64,000 bases of DNA from an uncultured delta proteobacterium. Lineage in GTDB: Bacteria; Myxococcota_A; Polyangia; Fen-1088. The position numbers and the translations under genes are program-made. Numbering within the stretch: position 1 is the stretch's first letter; every line of letters starts with the position of its first letter. Below the pieces are notes generated by a model. That model was given only the letters and a program-made list of their open reading frames with translations, made no database searches and was not told where the DNA came from. Positions 9,228 through 18,889 of this stretch are shown here, piece by piece. The stretch covers positions 864,001 to 928,000 of the forward strand of contig CAVYGB010000008.1 in assembly GCA_963767925.1 (NCBI GenBank), in the 5' to 3' direction.

Positions 9228-10130
9228 TTACGGGTTGGAGCCTGAGTTGGCCTGGCGGTCGTCCCACTCTTTGCTGAGCTGCTGAGCAGCGAACTGCTGC
9301 TTGGTGATGTAGGTGCCATCCGGGTTGATTCCGGCGGGCTCGCGCGACATGACCTCGGTCATCTCGGCTTTGGCCTGCGCTTCGGAGATCTCGCCACTCT
9401 TGTACCGCTCGTAGATGGCGATGTATTCGTCGTCGAATTTCCCCCGGATGCCGACGTCCGGCCCGTCCTCGGTCGCGCCGTCGGTGTACATGATCTCGTC
9501 GCGGGCGCGGGCGTTCTCGAAGGCGGCCGCACCCTCGTGCTCCATCAGCGGCTGCACGTTCTTCGAGACGTATTCGCTCTTGGTGTCGTAGTCCACCCGC
9601 TCAGGGAAGGGCGTGGCTGCATGACCGATCTCGTGGGCCAGCAGAGAGGCGAGGTCGTGGCCGCCCTTGGCCAGGTCCTGCTCGTCGATGTAGATCTTCT
9701 TCTCGTTCGGGTCGGCTTCCGATCCGCTGCCGTACGGGACGATCTTGATCTCCCAGTTGTTGGCTTTTGCCTCGGCCCACTGCTGTCGCAGGGTCGGGCT
9801 GCGGTTGATGACGTCATCAATCTTTGCGCCCAGACCTGTCTTGACCGGCGGCGGCTCCGCGCTGGCCGGGGGTGCTGGCGGCGGAGCTTCGACCTCCGGG
9901 GTGGTCGGCGTCTGGGACGTGGGGTTCGCCGGCTGTGGGTTTCCACCACCACCGCCGCCGCCCCCGAAGTAGGGGTGGTTCGTGGCGGGTGGGTCCACGC
10001 CGTCGACGTGCCAGATCGAGTCCGGGTCCGGCGCCTCGAGTGGCGCCTGCTCGATCACTTCTATGGAGACGAAGCTGCCATCTACCGGGAGTGGGGTGCC
10101 TTGACCAGTGACGGAGTTGATACCTGACAT
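9228..10130 (-). CDS. Putative zinc metallopeptidase effector, copy 1
   Basis: LLAHEIGHA plus downstream EG; low-complexity Pro/Gly N-terminus; no signal peptide. Confidence 0.72.
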   Translation of the reverse strand: MSGINSVTGQGTPLPVDGSFVSIEVIEQAPLEAPDPDSIWHVDGVDPPATNHPYFGGGGGGGGNPQPANPTSQTPTTPEVEAPPPAPPASAEPPPVKTGLGAKIDDVINRSPTLRQQWAEAKANNWEIKIVPYGSGSEADPNEKKIYIDEQDLAKGGHDLASLLAHEIGHAATPFPERVDYDTKSEYVSKNVQPLMEHEGAAAFENARARDEIMYTDGATEDGPDVGIRGKFDDEYIAIYERYKSGEISEAQAKAEMTEVMSREPAGINPDGTYITKQQFAAQQLSKEWDDRQANSGSNP

Positions 10131-10166
10131 GCGAAGTTCTCCTGGAAATTAACCACCTGTACAGAG

Positions 10167-10192
10167 TTGTCGGCGCGCGTTTGCAGTGTTGC
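10167..10192 (-). promoter_or_regulatory. GCAAC-N14-CCGACAA promoter-like motif
   Basis: Shared with 12628-12655 and 23285-23311 at the same distance from the ATG. Confidence 0.65.
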
Positions 10193-10429
10193 CAAAATTC
10201 GTCTCGGCTGCGTGAGCGTTCATGGTTGGATCGACGAAGGTGCGGGTTCGTCGACCGCAGCCGGGCGAGTTTCGGCGGGACGCGTCAGAGTCCGTGGGGC
10301 AACTTTCCTTCCTTCTAACGCGATGATGGCGGAACTGCACGGGTCGATGGCCGCGACGTCAGCACGCTGGGCCCCGGCGCTGTACTGGCTCCTGGCCGGC
10401 AAGCCCAGCGGCTCTCGGGCCCGCGACCC

Positions 10430-11308
10430 TCAGTTGTCGGCGCTGGCGGCGCAGCGGAAGCCGGCGTCGGACACCACGTAGGGCTTCGTGGGGTTGTTGC
10501 GGTTGTAGATGCGGGAAAAGAACTCGTCGTCGCGCCAACCGCCGCCCTTGATGACGTGGCCGCGGGCGCCGGGGCACCTCCTCTGGCCGGGGCAGGGGCC
10601 GCGTGGGTCGCGGCCAGCGCCGCCTTTCTTCGATTCCGCGGAGATATACCAGTCGCTGACCCACTCGGGGACATTGCCCGTGAGGTCGCAGAGCCCTTCG
10701 GCGGAGTTGCCCTTGGGGCGGCTGCAAACTGGGCGGGTGAAGGGCCTCGCGGCCGGCCGATCGGCGGCGCAGGGGTCGGGATTCTCATCCGTGATCGTGA
10801 CGGCCTGCTGGCAACCGGGAGTAGCGGGATTGAAGCCCCAGGGGAACACGCGGCCGTCGGCGATTGGACCAAGGGCCGCCCGCTCCCACTCTGCCTCGGT
10901 TGGAAGGCGCATCCCCACCCAGCGGCAATAGGCCTCGGCCTGCCCCCAGAGCACGCCGGTCACCGGGTGCTGGTCGCGTGCGGGGAGCCGCGAATTCACA
11001 TCGCCAGCCGGATTTGCTGCGATCTCCGTGCAGGCCCCCGCGGCCACGCATCGCTGGTAGGCCGCCACGGTAACCTCGGTGCGGTCGATGCGGAATGGAT
11101 CCAGACAGACCCGCCGGGCGGGCCCGGACAGGCCCTTCCGACAGCCGAGCTTCAACCCGCACCCCACCACGATACAGCCCCCCGGAATGGGCACCATCTC
11201 CGCCCCAGTGGGTTTCACTTCCGACGCTGGCTGCGCTGCTCGCGCGGGCGCGGTCGCGAGCTGTGCCGCAACGGCCACACCTGCCAGCCAGCCGCGGTTG
11301 CTCGGCAT
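10430..11308 (-). CDS. FGE-sulfatase (SUMF1-like) domain protein with signal peptide
   Basis: IDRTEVT, RLPTEAEWERAA, FPWG, DLTGNVPEW, KGGGW, GFRCA; TGATG coupling to upstream gene. Confidence 0.9.
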   Translation of the reverse strand: MPSNRGWLAGVAVAAQLATAPARAAQPASEVKPTGAEMVPIPGGCIVVGCGLKLGCRKGLSGPARRVCLDPFRIDRTEVTVAAYQRCVAAGACTEIAANPAGDVNSRLPARDQHPVTGVLWGQAEAYCRWVGMRLPTEAEWERAALGPIADGRVFPWGFNPATPGCQQAVTITDENPDPCAADRPAARPFTRPVCSRPKGNSAEGLCDLTGNVPEWVSDWYISAESKKGGAGRDPRGPCPGQRRCPGARGHVIKGGGWRDDEFFSRIYNRNNPTKPYVVSDAGFRCAASADN

Positions 11309-12591
11309 CAGCGATATAGCTCCGGGTGGCGCAGGCGAAGGACCTCGTCGCGGCGTTGTTCCAGAGCCGGGCGAGCGGCAGCAGGCAGGTCAGGGGAGGC
11401 GAGGGCGTTCTGCAGGTCCTGGTAGTAGCGATCCAGCTGGGGATCGCGTGCGCCCGCAGCCAGCGTGCGCCGGCCGTCCTGGTATTCGGCCCAGACCCCT
11501 TGGCTGGCCCGCAGCGCGTTCTCGGCGTCGACCCACGTGACGCTCGGGAACTTCTGTTCGCCGTCGGCGACGTTCCAGGATGCCGCGTTCTTCCCAACTG
11601 GGTCCACCGCGCTGGGGTCGTCGCCGTCGGTGCGGCTGGCCCAGGTGCGCAGGTGGGCAGGGGCGCCGGACTCGGCTAGCGGGCTTGTGTGGCTGTAGGC
11701 CCAGAAGCTCTTCAAGTTGGGGAAGTCCTGCCGGAACTGGTCGAGCTCGGTGGGCTTGGCGGAGTAGCAGGACGACATCGCCAGGTGCTCGATCTTGCCG
11801 GCTCCCTCAGGAAAGATCCTGGCGATGTCCCGGATCGTCTGGTGTTCGATCCAGCCCGAGCCGCCGTCGCCGCTGACCGAGCGGCCACTGCCGTGGCCGG
11901 AGATGACCAGTCGGTTGGCCGCGAGGTCGCCGGTGCCCACCCGATGCAGCGCCAACGCGAGCTGGGCGAGCTCGTCCCGCGTGTTCACTTCGGCCCGCCC
12001 GAGTTGGTCGACCAGGGCGTCGGCGCGCGAGGCCGGGACCTTGTCGGGGCCGGCGACCAGGGCGTCACGGAAAGCCTTGCGGCCGACGTCGGTGCCGAGG
12101 TCGAAGCGGCGGCCATCGTAGTCGACCCTGCCTTCCGAGGCGTAGGCCTTGATGGCGTGCACGCCGCCGGTTCCGGCCGGCGTCTCCGACCGCAGCGCCT
12201 GCACCTCCCGATCCGACGCCGGCCGCATCCCGAGGTGGACGATCCCCTGGGACTGCGCGGCCAGGCGCCGGCTGGCCACCTCTTCCTTGAGCTTTTCGTA
12301 GGCCGCGCCGGCCATGGTGGGGGCAGCTGCCGGGGCCTCACTCTGCCTGTGAGCGAACGACTGCGACGATCCGTTCGAGTCGACCTGGTCCAGCAGGTCG
12401 AACAGGGCGCCCATCTCTCGGGCTCCTCGGATCTGCGCGTCCGGGCCGGCGACCTTCTGCAGGTCGGCCGGGTCCAGCCCGGCATCCAACAGCTTCTTTT
12501 GCAGGTCCGGCGGCAGATCGTTGATGTTGAGAGAGCCGCCGTCGGCCCCGAGCTCCCGGATGAACTGCCCGCGGTTGATGGTGTTCGACAT
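11308..12591 (-). CDS. Putative caspase-like (clan CD) cysteine peptidase effector
   Basis: LVISGHG and HLAMSSC motifs ~40 aa apart; no signal peptide. Confidence 0.55.
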   Translation of the reverse strand: MSNTINRGQFIRELGADGGSLNINDLPPDLQKKLLDAGLDPADLQKVAGPDAQIRGAREMGALFDLLDQVDSNGSSQSFAHRQSEAPAAAPTMAGAAYEKLKEEVASRRLAAQSQGIVHLGMRPASDREVQALRSETPAGTGGVHAIKAYASEGRVDYDGRRFDLGTDVGRKAFRDALVAGPDKVPASRADALVDQLGRAEVNTRDELAQLALALHRVGTGDLAANRLVISGHGSGRSVSGDGGSGWIEHQTIRDIARIFPEGAGKIEHLAMSSCYSAKPTELDQFRQDFPNLKSFWAYSHTSPLAESGAPAHLRTWASRTDGDDPSAVDPVGKNAASWNVADGEQKFPSVTWVDAENALRASQGVWAEYQDGRRTLAAGARDPQLDRYYQDLQNALASPDLPAAARPALEQRRDEVLRLRHPELYR

Positions 12592-12627
12592 GCCCCTAAT
12601 CCTTCCGCGATTGCCACCGCTGGTCCT

Positions 12628-12655
12628 TTGTCGGACCCGGACCCGCGCCGGTTGC
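12628..12655 (-). promoter_or_regulatory. GCAAC-N16-CCGACAA promoter-like motif
   Basis: CCGA begins 43 nt before ATG 12591. Confidence 0.6.
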
Positions 12656-12756
12656 TTGTCAGCCTATCACGCGGTGCAGGGTCCCCAGCACCCGTTCGGT
12701 TTGCGGACACGAGCGCTCCGAGGCGAGACCCCCAGTCGCGGGCGGCATGAGCGTTC

Positions 12757-12778
12757 GATCCCCCACTTGATCCCCCAC
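12757..12778 (+). repeat. Paired GATCCCCCAC repeats, putative integrase arm sites
   Basis: Same 10-mer with the same 12-bp period at 2716-2737; single copy at 12998. Confidence 0.7.
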
Positions 12779-12871
12779 TCGTGCGTGACGGAGCGTGACG
12801 CTCCCTGACCTCTTGTGACGGTAAGTCCCCGTCACGACACGAGTTCCTGCTGGATTTCAGGGGGCTACAAT

Positions 12872-12929
12872 AGATTCAGGTTCTGGTGATCGAAAGATTG
12901 TGGGAGTTCGATTCTCCCCGACCGCACCA
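12872..12929 (+). tRNA. 3' half of tRNA-Leu(CAG) with CCA, att core
   Basis: Identical to 2428-2483 then CA; 5' half absent. Confidence 0.88.
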
Positions 12930-12957
12930 CAGAGATCAGCTAGTTAGAGCTGGTCTC

Positions 12958-13122
12958 TCAGCGCGCCGTGGGGGAAGGAGAGGGTGCCCCCCCGCCTGAT
13001 CCCCCACTTGGGGGGTCTGCCAGGGCCACGAGCTGCGCGATCCTCCCCACCGCCGCCAGCTTCTCCTCCCGCCCGACGTGGCTGTAGTGCTCGGTCATCG
13101 CCTCGGTCACGTGCCCGGTCAT
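12958..13122 (-). pseudogene. 3' remnant of a second copy of the integrase
   Basis: Near-identical to 2676-2852 (MTGHVTEAMTEHYSH...). Confidence 0.9.
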
Positions 13123-13459
13123 GAGATCGAAGAGGAAGGCTCTCATCGCGAGCTACGTGGCCATTTGGGGTCCGACGGAGTTCGGCGGTGGTCTCGCCCA
13201 GTGGCGTGTACCACAGGCAGCTGGACGTCTCCCAGCAGATCGCCGTACGCGAAGCGGTCAAGCAGGCGCCCATGCTCGCCAGCCGACGTCGGTGTCCGCG
13301 AAGACGGGAGTGCGGTCGGACCCGACGTCGGGCTTGCGACCCGTAAAGCCAGGCGCACCGCGGGCGGCGCACCGTTTCCGCCTCAAATTGACCGGGCCGG
13401 CGGGCTCCGTGTACCGTCCTCGGCCTGATCCAGCGCGCGTGTGCGCCCCAGGGAGAGCC

Positions 13460-14125
13460 GTGAACAGCCTGATCGCCGACGTGTTGCCCGCTGGCTGTGT
13501 GCTGGCGGTCTGCGAGCCTTCGGTCGCCGGCCTCGTGTCGGAGCTGCCGCCGGAGGAAAAGTCCTACATCGCCGGGGCGGCGTTGAAGCGCCAGAGGGAA
13601 TTTGCCGCCGGACGATTTGCTGCCCGTCGCTGCCTGGTCCAGCTGGGGCTGCCGCCGGTCTCCTTGCCGGTCGGCAAGGGCCGTGAGCCCTGCTGGCCTC
13701 CCCACGTCACAGGGAGCATTTTCCACACGACCGGATATTGCGTGGCAGTCGCCGCCCGGCTCTCGTCCATCGCGAGCATCGGAGTAGACGCCGAAGCTGA
13801 GGTCCACCTGGAGACCGCCCTCTGGGACCTGGTTCTGACGGAAAGAGAGCGGGCATGGGTCGAGTCGCTGTCGCCAGAGATCCGCGGGGTAGGGGCCAAG
13901 GTCGTCTTCTCTGCCAAGGAGAGCGTCTACAAGTGCCAGTACCCGATCACGCGGACCTTCCTCGAGTTTCGCGAAGTGGAGGTCGAATGTGAGCCGACTG
14001 CGGCCCGACTCGTCTCGGGACGCTTTGTCGCGCACCTCCCGATCGTGCCGTGCCCGCCGCTGCGCGGATTCTGGAGATCCAGCGAGCAACGGGTAGACAC
14101 CGTGACCTGGTTGCCACTTGCTTGA
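13460..14125 (+). CDS. 4'-phosphopantetheinyl transferase (EntD-like)
   Basis: KRQREFAAGR, PCWP..VTGSIFH, IGVDAE, FSAKESVYK. Confidence 0.9.
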   Translation: MNSLIADVLPAGCVLAVCEPSVAGLVSELPPEEKSYIAGAALKRQREFAAGRFAARRCLVQLGLPPVSLPVGKGREPCWPPHVTGSIFHTTGYCVAVAARLSSIASIGVDAEAEVHLETALWDLVLTERERAWVESLSPEIRGVGAKVVFSAKESVYKCQYPITRTFLEFREVEVECEPTAARLVSGRFVAHLPIVPCPPLRGFWRSSEQRVDTVTWLPLA

Positions 14126-14619
14126 CGGGTCCGAGGTCCGCGGACGGACGGGCGGCCGCGACGGCCTGGACCCTGGGATCCCCGTTCGAACGTTCCCGGC
14201 GAGCTGCCCGGGATCAAGACCCGGAACCCCTGCATGACCGCCGTCGGCCGCCCGCCTACCGCTTAAGCTGGAGCGGGGCTCAAGACCTGCAACACGCCGC
14301 CCACGCTGATGGTCTTCAAGAAGCCGGTGCGCCTGGCTTCGTAGAGCGAGCGCCTGTCGGCAACCCGACCACCGCCGGCAGGGACAGCGCCAGCACACCC
14401 GCACGAACAGCAAGGTCTGCAGCAACCGCCGCGGGGACCGCGACCGGATCATCACCGCAGCGCGAGCAGGATGGCGGCGCCGGTCGCCACGCCCATCGCC
14501 GCCATGGCATCCAGTTTCGCGCACCCGGCGACGTTCAGCAGGGTCGGCGACCCACATGCCCTGAGGAAGGAGCCCGAAGGATGACGACGACCTTTTCGCG
14601 CGCGATCATCGTGGCAGCG

Positions 14620-15352
14620 GCCGGGTGCCTGCTGGGCCCGGCCTGCGGAGACGGCGGCGACCCGCCCTTGGCCACTGGCAACCAGCCGCGGTCGAGGGTG
14701 CCGGACCTGGTCACCCGCCTGGGGCCGAGGTCGATCCGGCGCAGCGGGGAGGAGGTGGCCATCTTCCAGCGCCCGGGACGGCCGCTGGTGCTGTTCTTCC
14801 ACACCCACGGCGCCGACGCCGACCGCAGGGTCGTCGACCGGGGGGGTGCGCTTCGAGGTCGATCCGGTCCGCCAGATCGTGCTGCAGCGACGGGAGGGGA
14901 CCGACGACGAGGTGTTCGCCCCCAACCCCACCGAGGCGCTGGGACGTTTCCTCGTCGATCTGCACGTGCAGCTGCTGATCCCCGAGCCGGTGGGCCTGTA
15001 CGCGACGGGGGTGGTGGGCGTCGGGCTGCTGGTCTTGCTGGTGACCGAGGTGGTGGGTGCACCGGCGGTTCTTCCGGGAGGCTTTTCAGGTCCGCTGGCC
15101 AGCTGGCGCCGTCGGCTGCTGCGCGACCTGCACACCGTGACCGGGGTGGCTGTGCCTTACGGGGCCGTGCTGGCCTTCACCGGCGCCTTCTTCAGCTTCG
15201 GAGACGCCGTCGTGCTGCCCGCGCTGGCCTCGCTCAGGCTCACGTCCACCCGGGCCCCCGTCTCGCCCAAGTGGGCCACACCCAGAAAGCCCACCTCGGC
15301 CTCCGGCGCCCGCCGGGAAGCCGTGCGGCCAGGCAGTCTGGCAACAGGCTGA
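14620..15352 (+). pseudogene. Fragmented PepSY-associated TM-helix protein
   Basis: FLVDLHVQLL and DLHTVTGV..P...LAFTGAF segments in broken frames. Confidence 0.55.
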
Positions 15353-15666
15353 ACGTCGGCTGCGCCGCCGCACAGTAGTACCGCGCCACGCGCATCCCCA
15401 CCGGCTCCACCGGCCCGTAGGTCAATGACGGCGGAGCCCGCAATCCGCCGTCCCGTGCACCGGGCATCGGTCGAGCCTTGCTGCTGCCAGTTCCTCCCGC
15501 TTAACGCGGACTCGAAGCGAACGTGTTCGCATGGTCACCTGCGCGGGTTGCGCGTCGGTATTTGGCAAGAATCCATGGCGTCAACAACCGGGTCAGGTAA
15601 AATTGACTCGCCGTTGAGACCCGCTGGATTCGCAACTTTCCGGGATCTCGTCGCGCCTGAGGCCGC

Positions 15667-16764
15667 ATGAACATCATCTTCGACGGTTGCTTCTGGGGCG
15701 GTCGGGAACGTGGGGTCGCGACCTCGACCCGCCGGCTGTTCGAGTCGCTGGTCGACCTCGGCTCGAGCCACCTGGTGAGAGCCCTGGTTCCACAGCGCTC
15801 CGTTGTGTCCGCCTCGGCTCACCAGGTCCTGACCATCGGCCCCGAACCTCTGGCGGGATTGAAGCGGATGTTCTGGCAGCAGCTCGTGCTCCCCGGCCTG
15901 CTCGCGCGCGAACGGGCGGATCTGCTGGTCGCGACCTGCTACACGGCCCCCGCCATCCCGGCGGTCCCCTATGTGCTTGTCGTTCACGACCTGCTGGCCC
16001 GCAACCGTCCGACGTTGTGCCGGCCACTCGCGCGTCTGAATGCGCGCGTGCTGCTCCGATGGAGCGTTCGCCGGGCGACCCTGGTGTTCGTCCCCTCGGA
16101 GGTCATCAAGGCCGAGCTGCTCGACTACACCGGCGCGCCGTCCGAAAGGGTGCAGGTTCTGCCCTGGGCGGTTGACCGCGACCTGCGGCCAGTGCCGGGC
16201 GAGGCGGCGCGGGCGCAGGTTCGCCAGCGGTTCGCGCTGGCCAACGACTTCGTCCTCTTCGTGGGCGCCATCGAGCCCAAGAAGAATCTGGAACCCCTCA
16301 TCCGGGCCTGCAATCGGATCGCGGTCCAGCTCGTGCTCGTCGGACCCACCACGCCAGAGGGACGCCACCTTGAGCCGCTGATCCGCCGCTGCCCGGTGGC
16401 GCGCCACCTCGGCTACGTGTCGGCGGACCAACTCAGCGCCCTTTATGCCAGTGCCGCCGCGGTGGTTCTGCCGTCCACGGCGGAGGGGTATGGGATGCCC
16501 GCGGTCGAGGCCATGTTTTGCGGTGCACCCGTCGTGGCCTCGGACATCCCGACGCTCAAGGAGGTCTGCGCCGGGGCAGCGCTGCATTTTGCCAGCCAGG
16601 ACGACGACGGCCTGACGAGGGCGCTCGAGCGCATCCTCGGAGATCGCCCGCTGCGCACCAGTCTGATCGCTGCCGGTCGCGCGCGAGCCCGGGCGCTGAC
16701 CTGGCCAGGGGTTGCCCGGACGTTCATGCAACACATCGAATCGGTTTCGCGACCCACGGAATGA
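15667..16764 (+). CDS. Family 4 glycosyltransferase
   Basis: VVHDL, FVGAIEPKKN, EGYGMPAVEAM, VVASDIP. Confidence 0.93.
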   Translation: MNIIFDGCFWGGRERGVATSTRRLFESLVDLGSSHLVRALVPQRSVVSASAHQVLTIGPEPLAGLKRMFWQQLVLPGLLARERADLLVATCYTAPAIPAVPYVLVVHDLLARNRPTLCRPLARLNARVLLRWSVRRATLVFVPSEVIKAELLDYTGAPSERVQVLPWAVDRDLRPVPGEAARAQVRQRFALANDFVLFVGAIEPKKNLEPLIRACNRIAVQLVLVGPTTPEGRHLEPLIRRCPVARHLGYVSADQLSALYASAAAVVLPSTAEGYGMPAVEAMFCGAPVVASDIPTLKEVCAGAALHFASQDDDGLTRALERILGDRPLRTSLIAAGRARARALTWPGVARTFMQHIESVSRPTE

Positions 16765-16788
16765 GGCGGTCGGGGGACGCCCGGGGCG

Positions 16789-17345
16789 TCAACGGAAGGC
16801 ATAGCCGGTCGTGACGATCAGGCGGGTGAGCGAACGCGATCCCGCTGCCGTCGCCTCCGCCCGGATTCCAGCGTCCCACCTGCCGAGTGGCACATCCAGG
16901 CCGGTCGTCAGAATGGCTCGCGCCGAGCCGCCCGCCATGGGCACCGCGCCCGATGCGCCAGCCGTGAATCGCAGCGGGCCCACCGGCGGAAACGTGCTGC
17001 TGATGCCCCCGGTGATCTCGGATGAGGTCATCAGATTCACGACGGCACCCGGCGCGGATCCGTGACCTGCGTGGTGGCTCGACGGCCCGAGGGCGCGTCC
17101 ATTCCCGAGCTCGCGTCCATATCCCAGCTTCGCAGCCACACCGAGATGGCGCCAGGACATGCTGGTCCAGATACCTGCCATCAGCATGGGGTGTCCCATC
17201 CCGAGCCGCTTGCCGGCATCGCCGAGTGGCACGGACCCCGAGAGCACGATACCGCCGGATGGCGCCCCGCTTCGTCGCCCGAACGCCACGATCGCGACCG
17301 ACACGGCGGGATCACCGGGTCCGCACACTGTCGCACGCTCCGACT
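16789..17345 (-). pseudogene. C-terminal fragment of a probable outer-membrane beta-barrel protein
   Basis: Alternating beta-strand pattern ending GYAFR; no signal peptide; abuts a truncated gene. Confidence 0.35.
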
Positions 17346-17353
17346 GCAGGTGA

Positions 17354-18709
17354 TACGCCGGCTTCCAGCCGAATCGATTCGGAAACCGGGTCACCATTCG
17401 CGGTGTGACGCTGCCCTGTCTGGTGAATCCAGAGCACCATCAGCTGCACGCCGCTGCCACGTATTATACGTCTCCCTTCGAATCGGCGATGATCATGGCC
17501 CTCGATCCAGGCGGGGGGCGCTTTTACCGGGGCCGAGGCCACATGATTCATCCCGTCCATGTGCCCGGTGTGCGGCTCACCGCCAACGTGGCTTACGCGT
17601 CCGTGGCTACCCGATTGTTCGGGTCCGGCATCGTCGGGGCGGGGAAGGTCATGGGACTGGCTCCTTTCGGGGGCGTTTCCCCCGGGGAGCCGGTGGACTA
17701 CAACCGGATGACCACCATCGAGGAGCTCTATGCCCTGGCGGCCCGCGAGCCGGTCATCCTGTACGAGAAGAGTCGGCCCCTGAATGCGACCTTGGCCTTC
17801 CACGTGCAGCGCGGACTGGAGATCCAGCTTACCGAGTCGTTGCAGGCTCTCTTCCGGATGTCGGCCCGCCTGGGCACCGAGCCCAGCCTGTGCTTGAGCG
17901 GCGGCACGGCCTTGAACTCCGCCGCGAACCAGGTCGCCTTCGCCGCTTCGGGATTCGAACGGCTGCACCTCTACCCAGCTTGCGGCGACGACGGAACGGC
18001 AGTGGGAGCGGCGCTCTGGTACTGGCATCACGTCACGGGGCGACCGCGCCGTGCGTTCTGCAACCGCGAGCTCATGTATTCGGTGAGGACGTATGAGGAC
18101 AGGATCGACCAGAGCCTGGCGGCGCAGGGCGACCGCCTCAACGTGGAGCGTGTGGACGACTACCTTGACAGGGCCGCGGAGTTGATCGCGCAAGGGAAGA
18201 TCATCGGCTGGTTTCAAGGTGCGAGCGAGGTTGGTCCACGGGCCCTGGGAAACCGAAGCATTCTGGCTGACCCTCGCCGGAGCGAGATGAAGGACGCCTT
18301 GAATTCCCGGGTGAAGTTCCGGGAGGGGTTCAGGCCATTCGCCCCTTCCGTGCTCAAGGAGCGTGGCCAGGAGTGGTTCGGCCTGGAGGACAGCCCCTTC
18401 ATGCTGCGGGTCGCTCCGGTGCTGAAGAGGGGAATCCCTGCCGTGACCCACGTGGACGGGACAGCCCGCGTTCAGACGGTGGACCAGCGAGACAACCCCG
18501 CCTTTTACGATTTGATAGAGAGGTTCGAAGCCAAGACCGGGGTCCCGTTGATCCTCAACACCTCTTTCAACATCCGTGGCGAGCCGATCGTCGAGACGCC
18601 CGAACACGCGATCAACGCGCTCTTGGAGAGCGACCTCGACCATCTGGTCTTCCAGCGGCGAATCGTGAGAAGGGCCGATTCGGTCTGGCCGAGTGTCGCC
18701 GCCGCATGA
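17354..18709 (+). CDS. Carbamoyltransferase (NodU/CmcH family), N-terminally truncated
   Basis: EHHQLH very near the start, GKVMGLAP, SGGTALN, GPRALGNRS, FREGFRPFAP, HVDGTARVQTV, LNTSFN. Confidence 0.88.
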   Translation, partial: YAGFQPNRFGNRVTIRGVTLPCLVNPEHHQLHAAATYYTSPFESAMIMALDPGGGRFYRGRGHMIHPVHVPGVRLTANVAYASVATRLFGSGIVGAGKVMGLAPFGGVSPGEPVDYNRMTTIEELYALAAREPVILYEKSRPLNATLAFHVQRGLEIQLTESLQALFRMSARLGTEPSLCLSGGTALNSAANQVAFAASGFERLHLYPACGDDGTAVGAALWYWHHVTGRPRRAFCNRELMYSVRTYEDRIDQSLAAQGDRLNVERVDDYLDRAAELIAQGKIIGWFQGASEVGPRALGNRSILADPRRSEMKDALNSRVKFREGFRPFAPSVLKERGQEWFGLEDSPFMLRVAPVLKRGIPAVTHVDGTARVQTVDQRDNPAFYDLIERFEAKTGVPLILNTSFNIRGEPIVETPEHAINALLESDLDHLVFQRRIVRRADSVWPSVAAA

Positions 18710-18889
18710 GGAGGAGGGCTCTATCGCTCGAGGCTGGCACCGAGGTGTCGCGTCGACGCATGAAACGGCAGGAGCCGGCGTGGTGCCGAAGATCTGTCTC
18801 TTCCTGAGGCTCGGCGACCCGGCCATACCCGAGCTGCCGGGTCTGGGGGATCTGATCAGTCGGAACTTCGGCATGCGCCTCATCCGCCG

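Larger units (their letters stand above)
2426..12929. mobile_element. ~10.5 kb integrative island (family A) between two tRNA-Leu att copies
   Basis: Direct tRNA repeats at both ends, integrase next to left att, paired GATCCCCCAC repeats near both ends. Confidence 0.85.

Noticed and set aside
10178..10198. Sigma-54 promoter (TGGCA...TGC on the minus strand)
   Set aside because: GG-to-GC spacing is 7 nt rather than the required 10
10430..10600. FGE domain as a diversity-generating retroelement target
   Set aside because: No reverse transcriptase or template repeat seen in the window
12841..12929. Intact tRNA-Leu gene (has CCA)
   Set aside because: Upstream bases cannot supply the D-arm or 5' acceptor strand; only the 3' half is present
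2676..12929. Prophage or conjugative element
   Set aside because: No structural, packaging, replication, relaxase or conjugation genes recognised
12944..15378. 537-aa and 442-aa ORFs
   Set aside because: They cross several unrelated fragments and have shadow-like composition with no motifs
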